IMG/VR virus record: IMGVR_UViG_3300028393_000024
Length of the DNA: 47,618 nucleotides
Direction: 5' to 3' (one strand)
From: an uncultured virus (IMG/VR IMGVR_UViG_3300028393_000024)
Taxonomy: Duplodnaviria > Heunggongvirae > Uroviricota > Caudoviricetes
Shown here piece after piece: positions 45,830 through 47,618 of this stretch. The position numbers and the translations under genes were made by a program. The first letter of the stretch is position 1. The number at the start of each line of letters is the position of its first letter. A model generated the notes under the pieces. It saw only the letters and a program-made list of their open reading frames with translations, ran no database searches and had not been told where the DNA came from.

Positions 45830-46066
45830 ATGACTGAAAGAAATTTATTTGTAATTTGTGCGACAATTGTCTTGATTACTGCAATTAGTTCTATTGCATA
45901 CTACAACTTGCAAAAAGATAGACTAATGTCTGCAAATATTGAAAACGGCATTGTAAAGGGTGTTGACCCAGTTGCAATTAAGTGTGCATACGACTCCAAT
46001 GGAACCATGTGTGTGCTCTATGCTGCAACTAAACATACAGATTCCCCTGTAAGTAGTAAAAAATAG
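45830..46066 (+). CDS. Small membrane-anchored protein
   Basis: TM segment; KGVDPVAIKCAY. Confidence 0.6.
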   Translation: MTERNLFVICATIVLITAISSIAYYNLQKDRLMSANIENGIVKGVDPVAIKCAYDSNGTMCVLYAATKHTDSPVSSKK

Positions 46067-46128
46067 TGCTTGACATTAATTCGTAAATAGGGTATAATAG
46101 TCTTAGGACTGTTAAAAAGGAGCCTGTG

Positions 46129-46410
46129 ATGGAATTGAGTAAATATGAGTATCAAGAAAAGTTTTCTCTTTGCGCAATAGATAGAGATATTGTTGCGCTT
46201 GAGAGAATCCAATTGTCGTTGATCAAACAGCGAAAAGTCTTGGATCGTTGGTTCGATAAGTATCTTGATATGTTTGATCGCAAAATGAATTCAGAAGAAA
46301 CTGATACTCCAATTTGGAAACTTTATAAAACAAAATCGCGAGAGTATAGCGAACTGAATGAGGTAATCACAACAGCAAATGCTTACATTAACAAACTCAA
46401 AAGTATTTGA
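46129..46410 (+). CDS. Hypothetical protein
   Basis: After TTGACA-17-TATAAT (46070) and AAGGAG. Confidence 0.65.
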   Translation: MELSKYEYQEKFSLCAIDRDIVALERIQLSLIKQRKVLDRWFDKYLDMFDRKMNSEETDTPIWKLYKTKSREYSELNEVITTANAYINKLKSI

Positions 46411-46618
46411 AGACTCGAAGTCGTTTTCTCTTTATATCGAACAGATGGCACGAGATAGGAAATGTTCTCATGTCGATGCCATCTTAGAATATTGTAAAGA
46501 AAATTTTATCGATCCTGAAGAAATTAAATCCTTGATCAATAAATCACTTAAAGAGAAAATGAAGATGGACTTTCAGGCAAGTGGTCATTTACCGAAAACA
46601 GCACAATTGGATGTTTGA
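46379..46618 (+). CDS. Late-transcription coactivator gp33
   Basis: FSLYIE..SHVDAILEYC..IDPEEIKSLINKSLKEKM; synteny 33-59-32. Confidence 0.85.
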   Translation: MLTLTNSKVFEDSKSFSLYIEQMARDRKCSHVDAILEYCKENFIDPEEIKSLINKSLKEKMKMDFQASGHLPKTAQLDV

Positions 46619-47229
46619 TGGATGGGTATAAGGTTTGGAAACTTTATATGGCTGTGAAGTTACACTTTACTACGAATTCGTATAATGTGTTTAACAATCG
46701 TGGTCATGTAAAAGGTGCTCGAGACACTTTTTATTCTCGTAATGATAGGTTTATCTTTGAAAAGTTGGCAAGAAAGTTTCCTACCGAAAGGGATGTGATT
46801 CAATACTTTGTTGCTAATTTTGCTTACGGAAATAATGAAGTTGTGTACGAGCCAGGAGAAGGTGAGCGTAATTTAATTACTTGGAACAAACGAAAAGAAA
46901 GTATTTCGCAAGTATTTGAAAACGACTTACATGCAATCTGCTTGCATCTAGAAAAAGAAGAGTTATCTGAGAATCATCTATATGAGAAAAGTGGTAGTGA
47001 TTTCCCTGAGTTGTTTAAGTTATATCTCGGTGGATATGTCACAATAGAATCTATGGTTATTTTAGACAACTATGTAAATTATATTGCAAGAATTCCCTCG
47101 CAATTAAATTTGCTTTTGGGAGAAGAATGCCGTAAAATAGTTAAATGTAAGGGATTCGTTAAGTATGATACTGAACGGCTCTTACGTGTCCATGAAAATT
47201 TTAAACAAGAGATTTTAGAGTTACATTGA
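46615..47229 (+). CDS. Helicase loader gp59
   Basis: YMAVKLHF..Y, RNDRFIFEKLARK, FVANF, ITIES-like motif. Confidence 0.88.
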   Translation: MMDGYKVWKLYMAVKLHFTTNSYNVFNNRGHVKGARDTFYSRNDRFIFEKLARKFPTERDVIQYFVANFAYGNNEVVYEPGEGERNLITWNKRKESISQVFENDLHAICLHLEKEELSENHLYEKSGSDFPELFKLYLGGYVTIESMVILDNYVNYIARIPSQLNLLLGEECRKIVKCKGFVKYDTERLLRVHENFKQEILELH

Positions 47230-47230
47230 T

Positions 47231-47425
47231 ATGAGTCGCAAGATAGATCTTCACTTCGAAGATGAAGTAGAGGTAACTGGTAAGTTTAAGAAAGTTAAAC
47301 ATGCTAGAAACCAAAAAGGTAAAGGTATGAAAGTGCTAAATAGTTATGTTGAAGAATATTATGATGAGGATAACTTAGATTATGAATTTGAAACATACGA
47401 TGAAGACAATAATACTAATACATAA
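47231..47425 (+). CDS. Small hypothetical protein
   Basis: Basic then acidic 64 aa. Confidence 0.55.
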   Translation: MSRKIDLHFEDEVEVTGKFKKVKHARNQKGKGMKVLNSYVEEYYDEDNLDYEFETYDEDNNTNT

Positions 47426-47461
47426 AATATATTAATACAATTTATACAAAGGAAATACGAT

Positions 47462-47618
47462 ATGGATATTCAAGCACTTCGCAAAATGCGCAACACAGAT
47501 TTCGGTAAAATCACTTCCGAATTCGAAAAAATTGCTAACCCCGAATCTGGCGGTGGCAAAAAATCCTACCAAGACGACAGAATGTGGAAACTAGAAGCCG
47601 ATAAGGCTGGTAATGGTA
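47462..47618 (+). CDS. Single-stranded DNA-binding protein gp32, 3'-truncated
   Basis: DDRMWKLEADKAGNG; AT-rich unstructured leader; synteny. Confidence 0.9.
   Translation, partial: MDIQALRKMRNTDFGKITSEFEKIANPESGGGKKSYQDDRMWKLEADKAGNG

Overview
A 47.6-kb segment of a large T4-like myovirus genome; essentially all genes are on the + strand, and the host is probably proteobacterial (possibly betaproteobacterial, inferred from the tmRNA tag and IscU). It contains nucleotide metabolism genes (thyX, nrdA, nrdB, dCMP deaminase, thioredoxin), replication and late-transcription genes (DNA ligase, RNase H, dsbA, gp33, gp59, start of gp32), lysis/envelope genes (T-like holin, GH19 endolysin, SleB-type hydrolase, outer-membrane beta-barrel) and auxiliary genes (iscU, iscA/erpA-like, a PlcP-like phosphoesterase with a GT4 glycosyltransferase, phoH, clpP). 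There is also a permuted two-piece tmRNA and a 28-gene tRNA array covering all 20 amino acids. The most striking unexplained structure is the control region ahead of the tRNA array. A 38-codon leader ORF there contains all 20 amino acids and 32 different codons, and its 3' end forms the 5' strand of an 18-bp antiterminator that excludes an intrinsic terminator. This is a candidate 'any-tRNA-depleted' attenuator. It is followed by tandem promoters and an rrn-like boxA. Other notable items: three ORFs whose stop codons lie inside tRNA genes, three long structured ncRNA candidates in the array, about 10 copies of a TAACCCTAC-N5-GTAGGGKTA palindrome tied to sigma70 promoters, and a repeated covarying pseudoknot. 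All product calls come from motif recognition by eye, not from database searches.
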